The notes beneath the pieces are model-generated. The model saw nothing but the letters and a program-made list of their open reading frames with translations, searched no databases and was not told where the DNA came from. From positions 192,001 through 256,000 of the forward strand of contig CBDBKM010000011.1 of the NCBI GenBank assembly GCA_965206695.1: a stretch of 64,000 nucleotides of DNA. Reading direction: 5' to 3'. Source of the DNA: Chlamydiales bacterium (GTDB lineage: Bacteria > Chlamydiota > Chlamydiia > Chlamydiales > JAAZZY01). The position numbers and the translations under genes are program-made. Below, piece after piece: positions 10,579-21,570 of the stretch (position 1 is its first letter; each line of letters begins with the position of its first letter).

Positions 10579-11571
10579 TTAATTTTGCTTAAGAAGGGAA
10601 GCACCCCATGTTAAACCTGAGCCAAAAGCGACTAATAAAATATTATCACCTTTTTTGACTCTATTTTCCGATATCAATTCATCAAGAGCAATAGCAACCC
10701 CTGAAGCAGAAGTGTTCCCATATTTTTGAAGTGTTCTAAAAACTTTTTCTAGAGGAACATTAAAACGCTTAGCAATCGCCATGATAATTCGTATATTTGC
10801 TTGATGGGGAACTAACCAATCTATACTGTCTTGGTTAATTTTAGCCCTAACCATACACTCTTGCGCAGCCATCTCCATTAATCGAACCGCTCGTTTAAAA
10901 ACTTCTCTTCCTTGCATTTTCAAATAATGCTGTTTACTCTGTACAGATTCTATAGTAGAAGGAATACGAGATCCTCCACCCGGTAGCATTAAAAGCTCCG
11001 CTTGCTCGCCATCCGCTCCTAAACATACATCTAATAATTCCAGCCCTTCACCTAAATGACTAACCAAAGCGGCAGAAGCGCCATCCCCAAAAAGCACACA
11101 AGTATTTCTATCCTCAAAGTCTACAACAGAAGACAGTTTCTCTGAGGCTACAATTAAGATATTGTTATAAGCTCCTGATTCAATATATGCCTTAGCAATA
11201 GATAAGCCGTATAAATAACCCGTACAAGCAGCTTGTAAATCAAAAGCAGCTGCATTTTTTGCTCCAATAAGGCGCTGTACTAAAGCTGCTGAACTGGGGA
11301 AAAGATAATCGGGTGTACATGTGGGAACAATAATTAAATCAACTTCTTCCGGTTTAACATTGGCTTTTTCTAAGGCTCTTTTGGCCGCGATTGCACCCAT
11401 ATCAGAAGTACATTCATCTTTTTCTGCTATGCGTCTTTCTTTTATACCGGTTCGTGTTACAATCCAATCATCGGAAGTATCAACCATTTGTTCTAAATCT
11501 GCATTCGTTAAAGCGCGCGAAGGTAGATAAGACCCCGAACCAATAATTTTGGCTGATAATTTTGCTAACAT
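10579..11571 (-). CDS. fabH: 3-oxoacyl-ACP synthase III
   Basis: AACTG, PHQANIRI, GNTSAS, AFGSGLTWG. Confidence 0.97.
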   Translation of the reverse strand: MLAKLSAKIIGSGSYLPSRALTNADLEQMVDTSDDWIVTRTGIKERRIAEKDECTSDMGAIAAKRALEKANVKPEEVDLIIVPTCTPDYLFPSSAALVQRLIGAKNAAAFDLQAACTGYLYGLSIAKAYIESGAYNNILIVASEKLSSVVDFEDRNTCVLFGDGASAALVSHLGEGLELLDVCLGADGEQAELLMLPGGGSRIPSTIESVQSKQHYLKMQGREVFKRAVRLMEMAAQECMVRAKINQDSIDWLVPHQANIRIIMAIAKRFNVPLEKVFRTLQKYGNTSASGVAIALDELISENRVKKGDNILLVAFGSGLTWGASLLKQN

Positions 11572-11874
11572 AATTTCCTCTAAAATAAATCCACATTATC
11601 TCTTAATTGCGTAGTAATTATAGCTTAGGTGCTCATAAAATAAAAGAACTATATCTATCGGTATTCAATGATATTTCATAAAGCTGTTATCTAATGAATC
11701 TTTTTCCGGAATAGTTCTATTAAAGCAATAATACTATATATAATGATATGTAAACTCCTTGAAAAAATGCTACCATACTGTTATTATATCTATTCTTTTC
11801 TAAAAAACTCATTTTACAAGTATTGACTAAGCAAACTTTTTCAAAATTGTTATAATATAAGGAACTCGCGAAGG

Positions 11875-14800
11875 ATGAAGAAGCAAAAACCCTGGCACAT
11901 CGCAATCATTATAGTAGTAGCTGTTTTAACCCTATACAATATATTACCTACTATTTTTTATTACAGCAAACCGCTCTCAGCTCCGGTTGGCTCAAAGGAA
12001 GCACACCAAATTTCCACAAGTATGTTAAAAAGAGTCAATAGTTTAGAACAGGAATCTGAGGCTTGGCTTAGTTCATTTGCTCGTAACCTAAAAATCAAAC
12101 CCAAATCCATTCAACCTGTTGAAGGAAGCCCCCAACTTATCGAGGTTTCTCTTAAAAATGAGGATGATGCTGATACATTCAAAAAGTATCTTCCTATAGC
12201 AGGCTCACTTATTTCCTTTGTTCCTGCTCAATTATCCTTATCTCCACAAACATCTGATATGGATCCGTCTTCAGTATTGGTAGAGCGCCATATTGGTTTG
12301 CATTTTAATCCGGATAATGTAAACAAACTTCTTAAATTCACACCTAAAAAAGAACACGATATGATTTCGCCTCTATATCGCAACCTTATTTATGACCGCC
12401 TTGCAGAAATCGCCTTAGCTTTAGGTGGAAGGAGCCCACAAGGAACAGCCGTAGCGGCCATAGTAGACAGTACAAACCCTACTTTAGCAGATCAAGAGGT
12501 TCTAGCTCTTGCTAATGAAATTGTTGAATTCGAAAAAAGTTTCGGAAGTAAAAACCCGATAACCCACAGGTTTTATGCTACTTTCACTCAAGCTGACCAA
12601 AGAAAAGGCCATGCAGCTAACGTGATATCTGCATTGCTGTCTCAGATGGAGAGAACAACAAGTCATTTTAATAATGAAATTGGTGAAATATTAGAAAAAG
12701 AAAATTCATTAAAACAGCAGGGTAAATATTTACAAACCGATCAACAATATTCACTACAAGCACTCAAGCACCACAAAGATGTTATTGAATCGGCGAAGCT
12801 TATCGTCAAGCACAATCAGAATCATTTTGAAGCCGGATTAACCCCTCTACATAGAATCACAGTTTTAGATCTATTAAAAACACAAGCAAGTGAATCAACT
12901 TCTAATTCTCAAGAAATCGTGATAGGAAACCATAACCCGTTCATTAATTCTATTTCTATTGATTGGGAAAATGAAACCTTAAAACTTCATTTACATGATG
13001 ATGTTTCTGAAATGTTACACCCTTCTGAAAAATCTGAACATAGTGCTTTATTAAAAGAAAAGGATAGTGCTTTATTAAAAGAAAAGGTCAATCAATTACT
13101 CATTAACCGGATTGCGTACGTTGCTCAAAAAACTAATGAAAAAATTACTCCAAAGAGCACTTTTTATTCAATCAACCTTAATAAATTGACTAATAGCCGG
13201 AGTCTTCTTATTTTTGACCTTGCTATTATTGCTAAAAATGAGTCTCAACGCATCCATAATAAGATTCTCAATAACTGGAACCCTGAATTGACTGATTTTT
13301 CAGCAAATAACTTTCCTGTTTGGGACCTTGATACCTATAATCAGCTTCCAACTTACAAAAAGAAACTTGGCCTCGTTGTATATAGTCCTATTTTCGGCTC
13401 AGAGGCTCCTTCTCAAGGTTTCAGGACAAGCTCTATTTATGTTGTAGCTAAAGGTCTAGCGCCTATCTTAAAAAAATATAGTGAATATCCTGATAGCGAA
13501 GAAAGTAAACTCTTTCAAGAAGACTTTGATCGATTAAGAAATCTATTGCAACAAGAAGGCTTCCAACTGGGCTATATGGCCGCATCCTATGGAACAGACC
13601 CTGAATATCACCAAGATTATATTTTTGAATATCCGGATTATTATGGAGATATTTTAGCTGCGACCAGAGAAGATTTTTCTTTATATGGTAACAAACGTTT
13701 CGCCGTTTTAGAGTTCACAGATATTGAACAACGCATCTTAGTTGAAAATAAAATTGCAGACCAAATCCAAGGAGAATTGCTGAAGTGGAGAGATAATTAT
13801 CAAGCAGCTCAAGTAGATCTGGATTTAGCTGCTAAGTACAATGTACCCCCTCCAACAAAAAACATTTTTTTTAGCAATCTGGCTATCAGTTTGAATAAAT
13901 ATTTTAGAGGAGACAATCGAAAAATTATTAAATGGGGTTTAGATTTATCCGGTGGAAAAACAGTACGTATTGGATTACGTGATCAGAATAATCGCCCGGT
14001 TACAGATAAAGCTGACCTTACAGAAGGAGTTAATGAATTAACCAGAAGAGTTAATAAAATGGGCCTTTCTGAAGTCTCCTCTCGAATTGAAGGTAATTCT
14101 CTTGTTTTAGATTTTCCTGCATCTCAAGGAATTTCTGCCGGCGAATTGATCAAAGCCTCTTCCATGTATTTTCATGTTGTGAACGAACAATTTACAAATA
14201 GTAATCCCGTTTTAGCTAAAACAATTGACCGATTTCTACAAGATATTTGGAATGAAGCAGTAGTCACCAATCGACGTGATGTTAATAATCTCAATCTGAT
14301 TGCTTGGCAGCATTTAGGTGGATCAGACGATGGCCTGGCCATACAACCACGTACTGAACATGCAAAAATTCTTTACAACAGCGGTTTAAGACTCTCTCAT
14401 CCCGATCACAAGCAAAAATCCGGGGTGTTAAATGATACTCTTTCAGCTATCTCAGTATTCCAAGGAGATGATTTAGCCGCTTGGCAAGGACAGTCGACTC
14501 CTCTGTTAATTGTATTTGACAATTATGCTTTAGAAGGATCGGAACTTGATAATATTCGAACCGGATATGATCCTACCAAAGGAAATATACTTTCATTTTC
14601 TGTTAAAGGTTCCTATTCAAAAAAAAATGAAGAGAAAATTAATCCGCGTGAATTGCTTTACGCATGGACTTCTCAATTCTCTCAAGAAAAAGTAATCGGT
14701 ACATCATTAGAAGCATTTTCTAAAGGAAGAGGTTGGCGCATGGCTGTTATATTGAATGATCGAATCATTAATAGCCCTGTCCTTTCCTCCCCTCTTAGAG

Positions 14801-15414
14801 ATCATGTTCAAGTGAGTGGAGGATTTACTCAGACAGAAGTAAACAAACTTTCAGCTGATTTAAAAGCGGGATCCTTAAGCTTTACACCTCAGATTTTATC
14901 TGAAGAAAATGTAAGCCCTGAATTAGGCCATAAAGAACGAGAACAAGGTATTACCGCAACTATAGTTGCTCTTTGCCTTGTTGTCCTTGTGATGGTTATT
15001 TATTACCGTTTTGGTGGTTTTATTGCTTCAATAGCTGTCATTTTCAATCTACTTATTATTTGGGCTACTTTACAAAACTTACAAGCAACCTTAAGTTTGG
15101 CCGGAATAGCCGGTATTATCCTTACGTTAGGTATGGCCGTTGATGCGAATGTCCTCGTTTTTGAACGTATTCGAGAAGAATTTATGGTTTCTAAACGCAT
15201 TACATCTGCTGTCAAAGCCGGTTACCGAAAAGCTTTCAGTGCTATTTTAGATTCCAATATAACCACAATAATTGCCGCTTTAATTCTTTTAAATTTTGAC
15301 TCCGGCCCTATTAAAGGATTTGCGATCACTTTAATTGTTGGTATTATTTCTTCCCATGTTTACAGCTTTATTCATGACACGAACTTTCTTCATGAGATGG
15401 GTTCAAAAATCTGA
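11875..15414 (+). CDS. secD: SecD portion of chlamydial SecDF (frameshifted near 15354)
   Basis: GLDLSGG, GMAVDANVLVFERIREE, AILDSNITT, GPIKGFAITL; long chlamydial N-terminal extension. Confidence 0.92.
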   Translation: MKKQKPWHIAIIIVVAVLTLYNILPTIFYYSKPLSAPVGSKEAHQISTSMLKRVNSLEQESEAWLSSFARNLKIKPKSIQPVEGSPQLIEVSLKNEDDADTFKKYLPIAGSLISFVPAQLSLSPQTSDMDPSSVLVERHIGLHFNPDNVNKLLKFTPKKEHDMISPLYRNLIYDRLAEIALALGGRSPQGTAVAAIVDSTNPTLADQEVLALANEIVEFEKSFGSKNPITHRFYATFTQADQRKGHAANVISALLSQMERTTSHFNNEIGEILEKENSLKQQGKYLQTDQQYSLQALKHHKDVIESAKLIVKHNQNHFEAGLTPLHRITVLDLLKTQASESTSNSQEIVIGNHNPFINSISIDWENETLKLHLHDDVSEMLHPSEKSEHSALLKEKDSALLKEKVNQLLINRIAYVAQKTNEKITPKSTFYSINLNKLTNSRSLLIFDLAIIAKNESQRIHNKILNNWNPELTDFSANNFPVWDLDTYNQLPTYKKKLGLVVYSPIFGSEAPSQGFRTSSIYVVAKGLAPILKKYSEYPDSEESKLFQEDFDRLRNLLQQEGFQLGYMAASYGTDPEYHQDYIFEYPDYYGDILAATREDFSLYGNKRFAVLEFTDIEQRILVENKIADQIQGELLKWRDNYQAAQVDLDLAAKYNVPPPTKNIFFSNLAISLNKYFRGDNRKIIKWGLDLSGGKTVRIGLRDQNNRPVTDKADLTEGVNELTRRVNKMGLSEVSSRIEGNSLVLDFPASQGISAGELIKASSMYFHVVNEQFTNSNPVLAKTIDRFLQDIWNEAVVTNRRDVNNLNLIAWQHLGGSDDGLAIQPRTEHAKILYNSGLRLSHPDHKQKSGVLNDTLSAISVFQGDDLAAWQGQSTPLLIVFDNYALEGSELDNIRTGYDPTKGNILSFSVKGSYSKKNEEKINPRELLYAWTSQFSQEKVIGTSLEAFSKGRGWRMAVILNDRIINSPVLSSPLRDHVQVSGGFTQTEVNKLSADLKAGSLSFTPQILSEENVSPELGHKEREQGITATIVALCLVVLVMVIYYRFGGFIASIAVIFNLLIIWATLQNLQATLSLAGIAGIILTLGMAVDANVLVFERIREEFMVSKRITSAVKAGYRKAFSAILDSNITTIIAALILLNFDSGPIKGFAITLIVGIISSHVYSFIHDTNFLHEMGSKI
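13040..13087 (+). repeat. Perfect 24-bp tandem duplication inside secD
   Basis: atagtgctttattaaaagaaaagg x2, encoding SALLKEKD/SALLKEKV. Confidence 0.95.
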
Positions 15415-16480
15415 TCATAAAGAATTGAAAATGTTAAATTTTATAAAATCATTAAAATTTAACTTTCTTGGAAAAACTAAAATTGCTTATGTCATTTCTT
15501 TAGGTATAATCATACTTGGATGTGTTTTTATAAGTACGCAAAAAAATTCTATCCTTGGTATGGATTTTACAGGTGGTTATTCATTTACTTTAAATCTTAA
15601 AGGAGATGATAATTCAGATTTTCGCAAAAAAGTTAGTGAAGCTTTTATTGCTAATGGCGCTCAATCGGGTGACTTTGAAATTCGAGAACTTAATCGTGAT
15701 AATCACCTTCGCATACAATTGGGTATGTCAATGGAAGAAAAAGGGCACCCTTTTTATCAATTATCCTATGAACTTGATTCTGTCCAAAAGGAATACGCAT
15801 GGCAAAACAACCCTCGTATCCTGTGGGTTGTTAATGCCATAAATGATTCTAATTTAACAATCACACCAACAAGTCTTGCTGGCCTTGATACCAACTGGGT
15901 GGAAATGAGCGGACAACTTTCTAAGACAATGCGTAATAATGCTCTCATTGGATTGACATTGGCTCTGTTTTTCATTCTTATTTATATAACTTTTAGATTC
16001 GAACTCAAATACGCTATTAGTGCTATAATATGTATATTACATGATGTGTTAATAACCGTAGGAGCAATAGCTATTCTTCATCAGGCGGGAGTGGCAATTC
16101 AGATCAATTTACAAGTAATTGCAGCCATTATGACAATAATAGGCTATTCGCTCAATGATACCATTATTATTTTTGATCGAATCAGAGAAGAGAACCGGAT
16201 CATGCGTAAATCCGGTTATAGTGAAGTCATTAATCATGCATTGCGAGTGACTTTAAATAGAACGTTAATGACATCTTTTACTACTTTAGTGGTTCTTTTA
16301 ACTCTTGTATTTTTAGGAGGGAACAAAGTATTTGATTTTTCATTAGTTATGACAATAGGAGTAGTTTTTGGAACTCTATCCTCTCTTTTTATAGCTCCTC
16401 CAATACTTATGTTTTTTCATAAAAAAGAGAAATCGAAAGAAGCCAAAACTTTCCCGATTAAGAAAAATTCTTTTTCTTAA
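15335..16480 (+). CDS. secF: SecF portion of SecDF
   Basis: GMDFTGG, YITFRFE, HDVLIT, GYSLNDTIIIFDRIRE, TLNRTLMTS. Confidence 0.92.
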   Translation: MLVLFLPMFTALFMTRTFFMRWVQKSDHKELKMLNFIKSLKFNFLGKTKIAYVISLGIIILGCVFISTQKNSILGMDFTGGYSFTLNLKGDDNSDFRKKVSEAFIANGAQSGDFEIRELNRDNHLRIQLGMSMEEKGHPFYQLSYELDSVQKEYAWQNNPRILWVVNAINDSNLTITPTSLAGLDTNWVEMSGQLSKTMRNNALIGLTLALFFILIYITFRFELKYAISAIICILHDVLITVGAIAILHQAGVAIQINLQVIAAIMTIIGYSLNDTIIIFDRIREENRIMRKSGYSEVINHALRVTLNRTLMTSFTTLVVLLTLVFLGGNKVFDFSLVMTIGVVFGTLSSLFIAPPILMFFHKKEKSKEAKTFPIKKNSFS

Positions 16481-16787
16481 TTTCATAAAATTTCTTTATG
16501 GATGTATTTATTTGAATGAAAACTACTTATGAATACATCCATTTTTTTTCTTAGAAATTTATTAATCCAAGTTGCAGTACATTCCGGAAACCGGTAAATG
16601 ATTATGTACAATAGTGACTTATTTGCTTTTGCTACATATAAACTATTTTGGTTGACCAAATGATTGTCTATAGACTTCCCGGAAAACACTATATGTTGAT
16701 TGTTATCAGTTATCAATACCCCGGAAACTAGTCTTCGAAGCCTAGGGATAATTTTTTGGATAATTAAAAAGAGAGAGTTTCTTTTAT

Positions 16788-18527
16788 ATGGCTTATAGTC
16801 AAATGGGAGAGGGTTATTTATGGGTCTACCCTACAATCAATGAGCAGTTTTTTGAGACACTCGTAAAGGAATACAAAGTTCATCCTATAACCTCGCAAAT
16901 ATTAATCAATAGAGGATACAACAATTGGGGTGACATACAAAAGTTTCTATATGCAAAACTACCCGATTTGTTAGATCCTTATCTTTTTATGGATATGGAT
17001 CATGCCGTTGATCGGGTTTGTAAAGCGATTGATGAAAATCAGAATATTCTTATTTATGGGGATAATGACGTTGATGGGATGACAGGAACGTCATTATTAA
17101 CAGATTTTTTGAAATCTTTAGGTGCCCATGTCTTTTTCTATGTCCCAAACCGTAACATGCTCAAACAAAGTGTCATTTTAGATGCTATGAACTATGCATT
17201 AATTAATAACTGTAAATTATTGATCACAGTTGATTGTAGCATAACAGCTACTGATGACATCGAGGAAATGGTAAAAGATAAAGTCGATATTATTATTACA
17301 GATCATCATGAACCTACCTTAAAACTACCACATTGTATAGCAACACTAAATCCTAAAATAGTCAATAGCACCTATCCAAACCGAGAGATAACAGGAGTAG
17401 GAGTTGCATTTAAGCTAGCTCATGGTATCACGAATCATCGCATAGCTACCAAACAATTAGATCCTAAGGAAATCAATTTAAAACGATATTTAGACCTGGT
17501 AGCTCTTGGAACAATTGCTGATATGGGAGCTTTATTTGGAGAGAACCGTATATTTGTACGATATGGCCTTGAGCAATTACGAGACACAAAAAGAATAGGA
17601 TTAAAAAAATTATTTTCTATTTGTGAAATTAATCCACACACTATTTCTTCAACTGATATTGCTTCTAAAGTAGCCCCAAGGTTGAATAGCCTAGGTCGAA
17701 TAGCTGACCCTAGAAGAGGAGTTGAATTCCTTTTAATAGAAGATGAAGTTACCGCTGAAGTGATGGCAAAAGAACTCGATTTGAATAATATTGAAAGACA
17801 AAAAATAGAGAAGGTCATGTCCGAAGAAATTGACGAGTATATTTCAAAAAATTCTGCGTTATTAGAAAATAAAGCAATTGTCTTATATTCTAGTGATTGG
17901 CATCCCGGTATTATCCCCATTATTACAGCAAGAATTGCTAAACTATATTCTAGACCTACCGTTTTAATTGCAATAGATGATGGAATAGGTAAGGCCTCGA
18001 TGCGGACTATTCCGGAATTTCCGTTACTTCCATTTCTAAAAAAGCATGCGGAGCTTTATATCAATTTTGGTGGACACAATGCCGCTGCAGGGCTAACTAT
18101 TAAAGAAGAATTCATTGAAACCTTCAAAGAGCGTTTCATCTCTTTTGCAAATCAGAATCTACATATTCAAGATGTACAACCCAAACTCTTTTTAGACGCA
18201 CCGGCAAATTTTTCTGATCTTACATTTGATTTAATGGAAACCCTTGGACTTTTAGAACCTTATGGTAATGAAAACCCCGCGCCTATTCTATATTGCGACA
18301 CACAACAAGCTTGGCCTCCAAAGGTCATAAATAACATGCACCTTAAATTATTTTTGGAACAAGGGGATCGTTTTTTAGAGGGTATCGCTGTTAATATGGC
18401 GAATCGAAGACATCCATTATATCAAAAGGGCTTAAAGCTTAGAATTGCCTTTACCCCCCAAGTAAGTTATTATCAAAGTAAGGCAAGTATACAACTAATT
18501 ATTAAAGATTTTCAAATCCTTGAATAA
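16788..18527 (+). CDS. recJ: Single-stranded-DNA exonuclease RecJ
   Basis: YGDNDVDG, ITVDC, TDHHE, LGTIADM, PRLNSLGR, GGHNAAAG. Confidence 0.96.
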   Translation: MAYSQMGEGYLWVYPTINEQFFETLVKEYKVHPITSQILINRGYNNWGDIQKFLYAKLPDLLDPYLFMDMDHAVDRVCKAIDENQNILIYGDNDVDGMTGTSLLTDFLKSLGAHVFFYVPNRNMLKQSVILDAMNYALINNCKLLITVDCSITATDDIEEMVKDKVDIIITDHHEPTLKLPHCIATLNPKIVNSTYPNREITGVGVAFKLAHGITNHRIATKQLDPKEINLKRYLDLVALGTIADMGALFGENRIFVRYGLEQLRDTKRIGLKKLFSICEINPHTISSTDIASKVAPRLNSLGRIADPRRGVEFLLIEDEVTAEVMAKELDLNNIERQKIEKVMSEEIDEYISKNSALLENKAIVLYSSDWHPGIIPIITARIAKLYSRPTVLIAIDDGIGKASMRTIPEFPLLPFLKKHAELYINFGGHNAAAGLTIKEEFIETFKERFISFANQNLHIQDVQPKLFLDAPANFSDLTFDLMETLGLLEPYGNENPAPILYCDTQQAWPPKVINNMHLKLFLEQGDRFLEGIAVNMANRRHPLYQKGLKLRIAFTPQVSYYQSKASIQLIIKDFQILE

Positions 18528-19025
18528 GAGTAGTGCAGACGTCCAAAGAAAAAAACCCTTATTCTTTTAACTCTTTTTCTTATTTTCTTAGACCAACTTG
18601 CAATTGCTCTCTATCGACCTTCTATGCCTAATATGGCAATCCGTTTAGGCTTTAGCAGGAGTTTCGGAGCTTAGGCTAATTTATAAAATTAATTTTTAGA
18701 AATGGTATAAGTACATGAAAGCGTTTAATTGTGATGCTTATTTCATCGGCCGGCCCTGAAGGCAAAGAGCCGGCCTACTTGCTTTTACAAAGAGATACTT
18801 TGCTCGATTATAGAAATTCTAGAGATTCATTCACCTATTTCTTTAATTAAAATTTTAAGTGACCCATTTGATTATAAAACGCATTGTTTTACCCTGATTA
18901 GTTCTATAAATTTGTGATTCATTTAATTTGTTTTGTTTTTAATTGCTTATTATTAATAAAGACGGTATCATTTAAAACAATATATATTTTAATTGTTTAG
19001 TTATTTAAAGTGAGGTAAAATTAAA

Positions 19026-19983
19026 ATGAGTTTTTTAAATGCGCCCATACATAAAAATTATGCTAATGAGTTAGTGTTTATAAATGCACAGATCAATAGA
19101 ACAGAGAGAGAATGTGTTAATTCATCACAAAACCATGGACAATTACGTCAACTTGAACGAACCGTAAAGAGTGTTGTGGAACACTTATTTAGCTTGTCAA
19201 GTGATCCCGGTTTTTTCTCGTTACCGGGATAATAGATGTATTTTAGCTGTTCTTTTTTCTTCCACACCGTCTTTTGAGAAAATAGTTCATAAAGCAACCG
19301 CTCTTCAGCAACATATATTTCAAATTAGAAATCGAGTAGATAAAAATTATGTTTTATTTCAAATGGATTCTCAGAATTACAACTTACAAATACTTGATAG
19401 AACGTGTGATTTAATTCAGACAAGTGAGAAGTCCGATACGGATAAAGCTCGGCAATTCGACGCAACTGAAAAGAGTCTATTATCCGTAATGCAAAGGTTA
19501 GGAGAGTTAGAAGGTACTATTAATAGCCAAGAAATCTATTTAGATAAACCCCGGCGAGCAAGACTGGAGGCGACACACCTGATGCTAGGGCAAGTTAAAG
19601 CAAAGCTTAATGAAAAGGTAAAGCAGCATGAGCTTTTAGTTAAATGTAAGAGCTTACACACGCTAGCCGATGAAGTTCAAAATCTAAGAGCCAATATAGA
19701 AGATTTATCAAAACTATTAAATCCTCCTGTTCGAACAAAGCTTTCGATTGAAAGGGTAGAGCAGATGTATGAGAATGCGCTTAATCTTCTTCAGTTCTAT
19801 AGGAAAAAGTTAGAAGGCCTATCAGTAACAAATCAAGATAAAGCTCAACCCTCATCTATGGTTGATAATATTCGAAACAGCTTAACTGAAGTGGCTGTTA
19901 GACTTCCTCAAGTTAGGAATCAAATTAAAAATCCTACTCCAAATATCGATTTCTACGATCTTAAGAAAAAATATTACGAGTAA
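19026..19983 (+). pseudogene. Frameshifted coiled-coil hypothetical protein (ORFs 19026-19232 and 19171-19983)
   Basis: Removing one base near ccgggat (about 19224-19230) joins ...GFFSLP to DNRCILAVLF...; a good RBS (gaggt) lies before 19026. Confidence 0.6.
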
Positions 19984-20203
19984 ATTCGGAAAAAAGTGTC
20001 CTAATTAAGGACTTTTCTTTCTGTATTCTTACCAATTAAATAAAATAGGAGTTTTGCGCTACAGAAGTGCGTTATTTAAATAATTTTTTAAATCAGGGTA
20101 TAATTTTTCTCTTTTGTTAGGGGGAAATGCTGTGATATAAATGCGCAAAGCAATGATATAGCACCTTCATTCAATCAAAATGAAAACCTTTACCGATAGT
20201 AAA

Positions 20204-20819
20204 AGACCTCTCCATAACTGACTTGATACTATTTTTTCAAACTCACTGATTGTCTAAACTTATTTTTCATTTATTTTGATAAATTTTATAATAAGCAGTT
20301 TTTTTATTATGGGTGCAAATACAGAAAAGATGGTACACTACCGATTATCAGGTTCGACCGTTTTTTTCGAGCGTGCTGCTGAAGTGACTATAGTTGCATC
20401 AACAAGAGCCCCTTCAGCTTCTTTAACTTTAATCCCATGAGTTTCTAGTTGCCGGTTAATTTCGCGAAATAAGCGCTCATGAAGCCCTTTATGAATGATG
20501 CTATCCCTAAAAAGCGGCATACAGTCCAAACGGACTCTTAAGGCTTCTAAAGCAGGATCGCTTAAGCTGTACCAAATTGGACTTAAACATGGCAGTCACC
20601 TTGAGGGTTAATTGCATGTTTATGGATGCCTTTTAGATCGACCGGGTTGCCAATCAATGAACGGATTCAATTGTTGCAAACGATTCTTGGCACCTATGCG
20701 ATACTTTGCACCCATAATAAAAAGACGGCTCATCATTCAACCCAATACATGAAAGAAACGTATAGACAATCAATGCATTTTTAAAAAATTATTATCAGGA
20801 ATCAGTTATGCAGAAGTCT
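20204..20819 (-). mobile_element. Degraded IS5-family element with long imperfect inverted ends
   Basis: Ends agacctctccataact / agttatgcagaagtct; transposase remnant INRQLETHGIKVKEAEGALVDATIV (20338-20529). Confidence 0.75.
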
Positions 20820-20828
20820 TATTATACA

Positions 20829-20880
20829 TGATCTAAACAACTGAAGAGCCTCATTGATCTAAACAACTGAAGAGCCTCAT
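20829..20880. repeat. Perfect 26-bp tandem duplication
   Basis: tgatctaaacaactgaagagcctcat x2. Confidence 0.95.
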
Positions 20881-21090
20881 TGCCCTTCTAAGGTCAGAGA
20901 AAAAGAATAAGAGGTTCTTTTTCAAGAAACCTCTCATCATAATAAAACATTTAATATATGGAAAAATAAAGAAATCCCTTGTCGTAAATCACTTAATCCT
21001 TAAGTTTTTTACAAAGAGAGAATTAAATTATGAACTGGATTTTTTGAACTTTTATCATCTTTTTAAATAATCAGACTCTATATCCGTATC

Positions 21091-21570
21091 CTAACTTGCT
21101 ACTTGTTTTCTTCTACCGTTCTTCTTATTCAGATGATTTTCACGGTATTGATTTACTTCATCAATATGAATCACCCAAGCTGCGCCTTTACGAATAGCTT
21201 TAAGCATACCAACTCTAGTGGCATAATAAATCTTCTGGGCCGGCACACCCAATATCTTTGATACTTGGTTTACAGAATAATAACCTTTATGATTATCAAA
21301 TAAAAGTTCGCCGTCAAATACTGATTTTTTGCGAGAATACTTATTTCTTCTGTAATCTTCTAAATCATCTAAATGAATAGTCCATCTAGTTGTTTCTTTT
21401 TGTGCTTTTAATTTATTTTGCTTGATTGCCACGTAAATAGCTTGACGTGTAACATTATTGATCTTAGCAGCTTCTGTAATAGAAACGATCTTATTATCAT
21501 TTCTACCGGTTACTACCAGACCTACCACCGTATCTGAATGTGACGTATGGTTACTCATCTTTTCCTCCAT
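21091..21570 (-). CDS. euo: EUO, chlamydial repressor of late genes
   Basis: Two HTH modules, VSITEAAKINNVTRQAIYVAIK and QKIYYATRVG...RKGAAWVIH; close to recJ/gltX as in Chlamydia. Confidence 0.93.
   Translation of the reverse strand: MEEKMSNHTSHSDTVVGLVVTGRNDNKIVSITEAAKINNVTRQAIYVAIKQNKLKAQKETTRWTIHLDDLEDYRRNKYSRKKSVFDGELLFDNHKGYYSVNQVSKILGVPAQKIYYATRVGMLKAIRKGAAWVIHIDEVNQYRENHLNKKNGRRKQVAS

Noticed and set aside
20051..20152. Possible 100-bp MITE (gttttgcgc...gcgcaaagc)
   Set aside because: The inverted repeat is only about 9 bp, with no second copy or clear target duplication in the window.
20829..20880. CRISPR-like repeat
   Set aside because: Two adjacent copies with no spacer and no cas genes; a simple tandem duplication.
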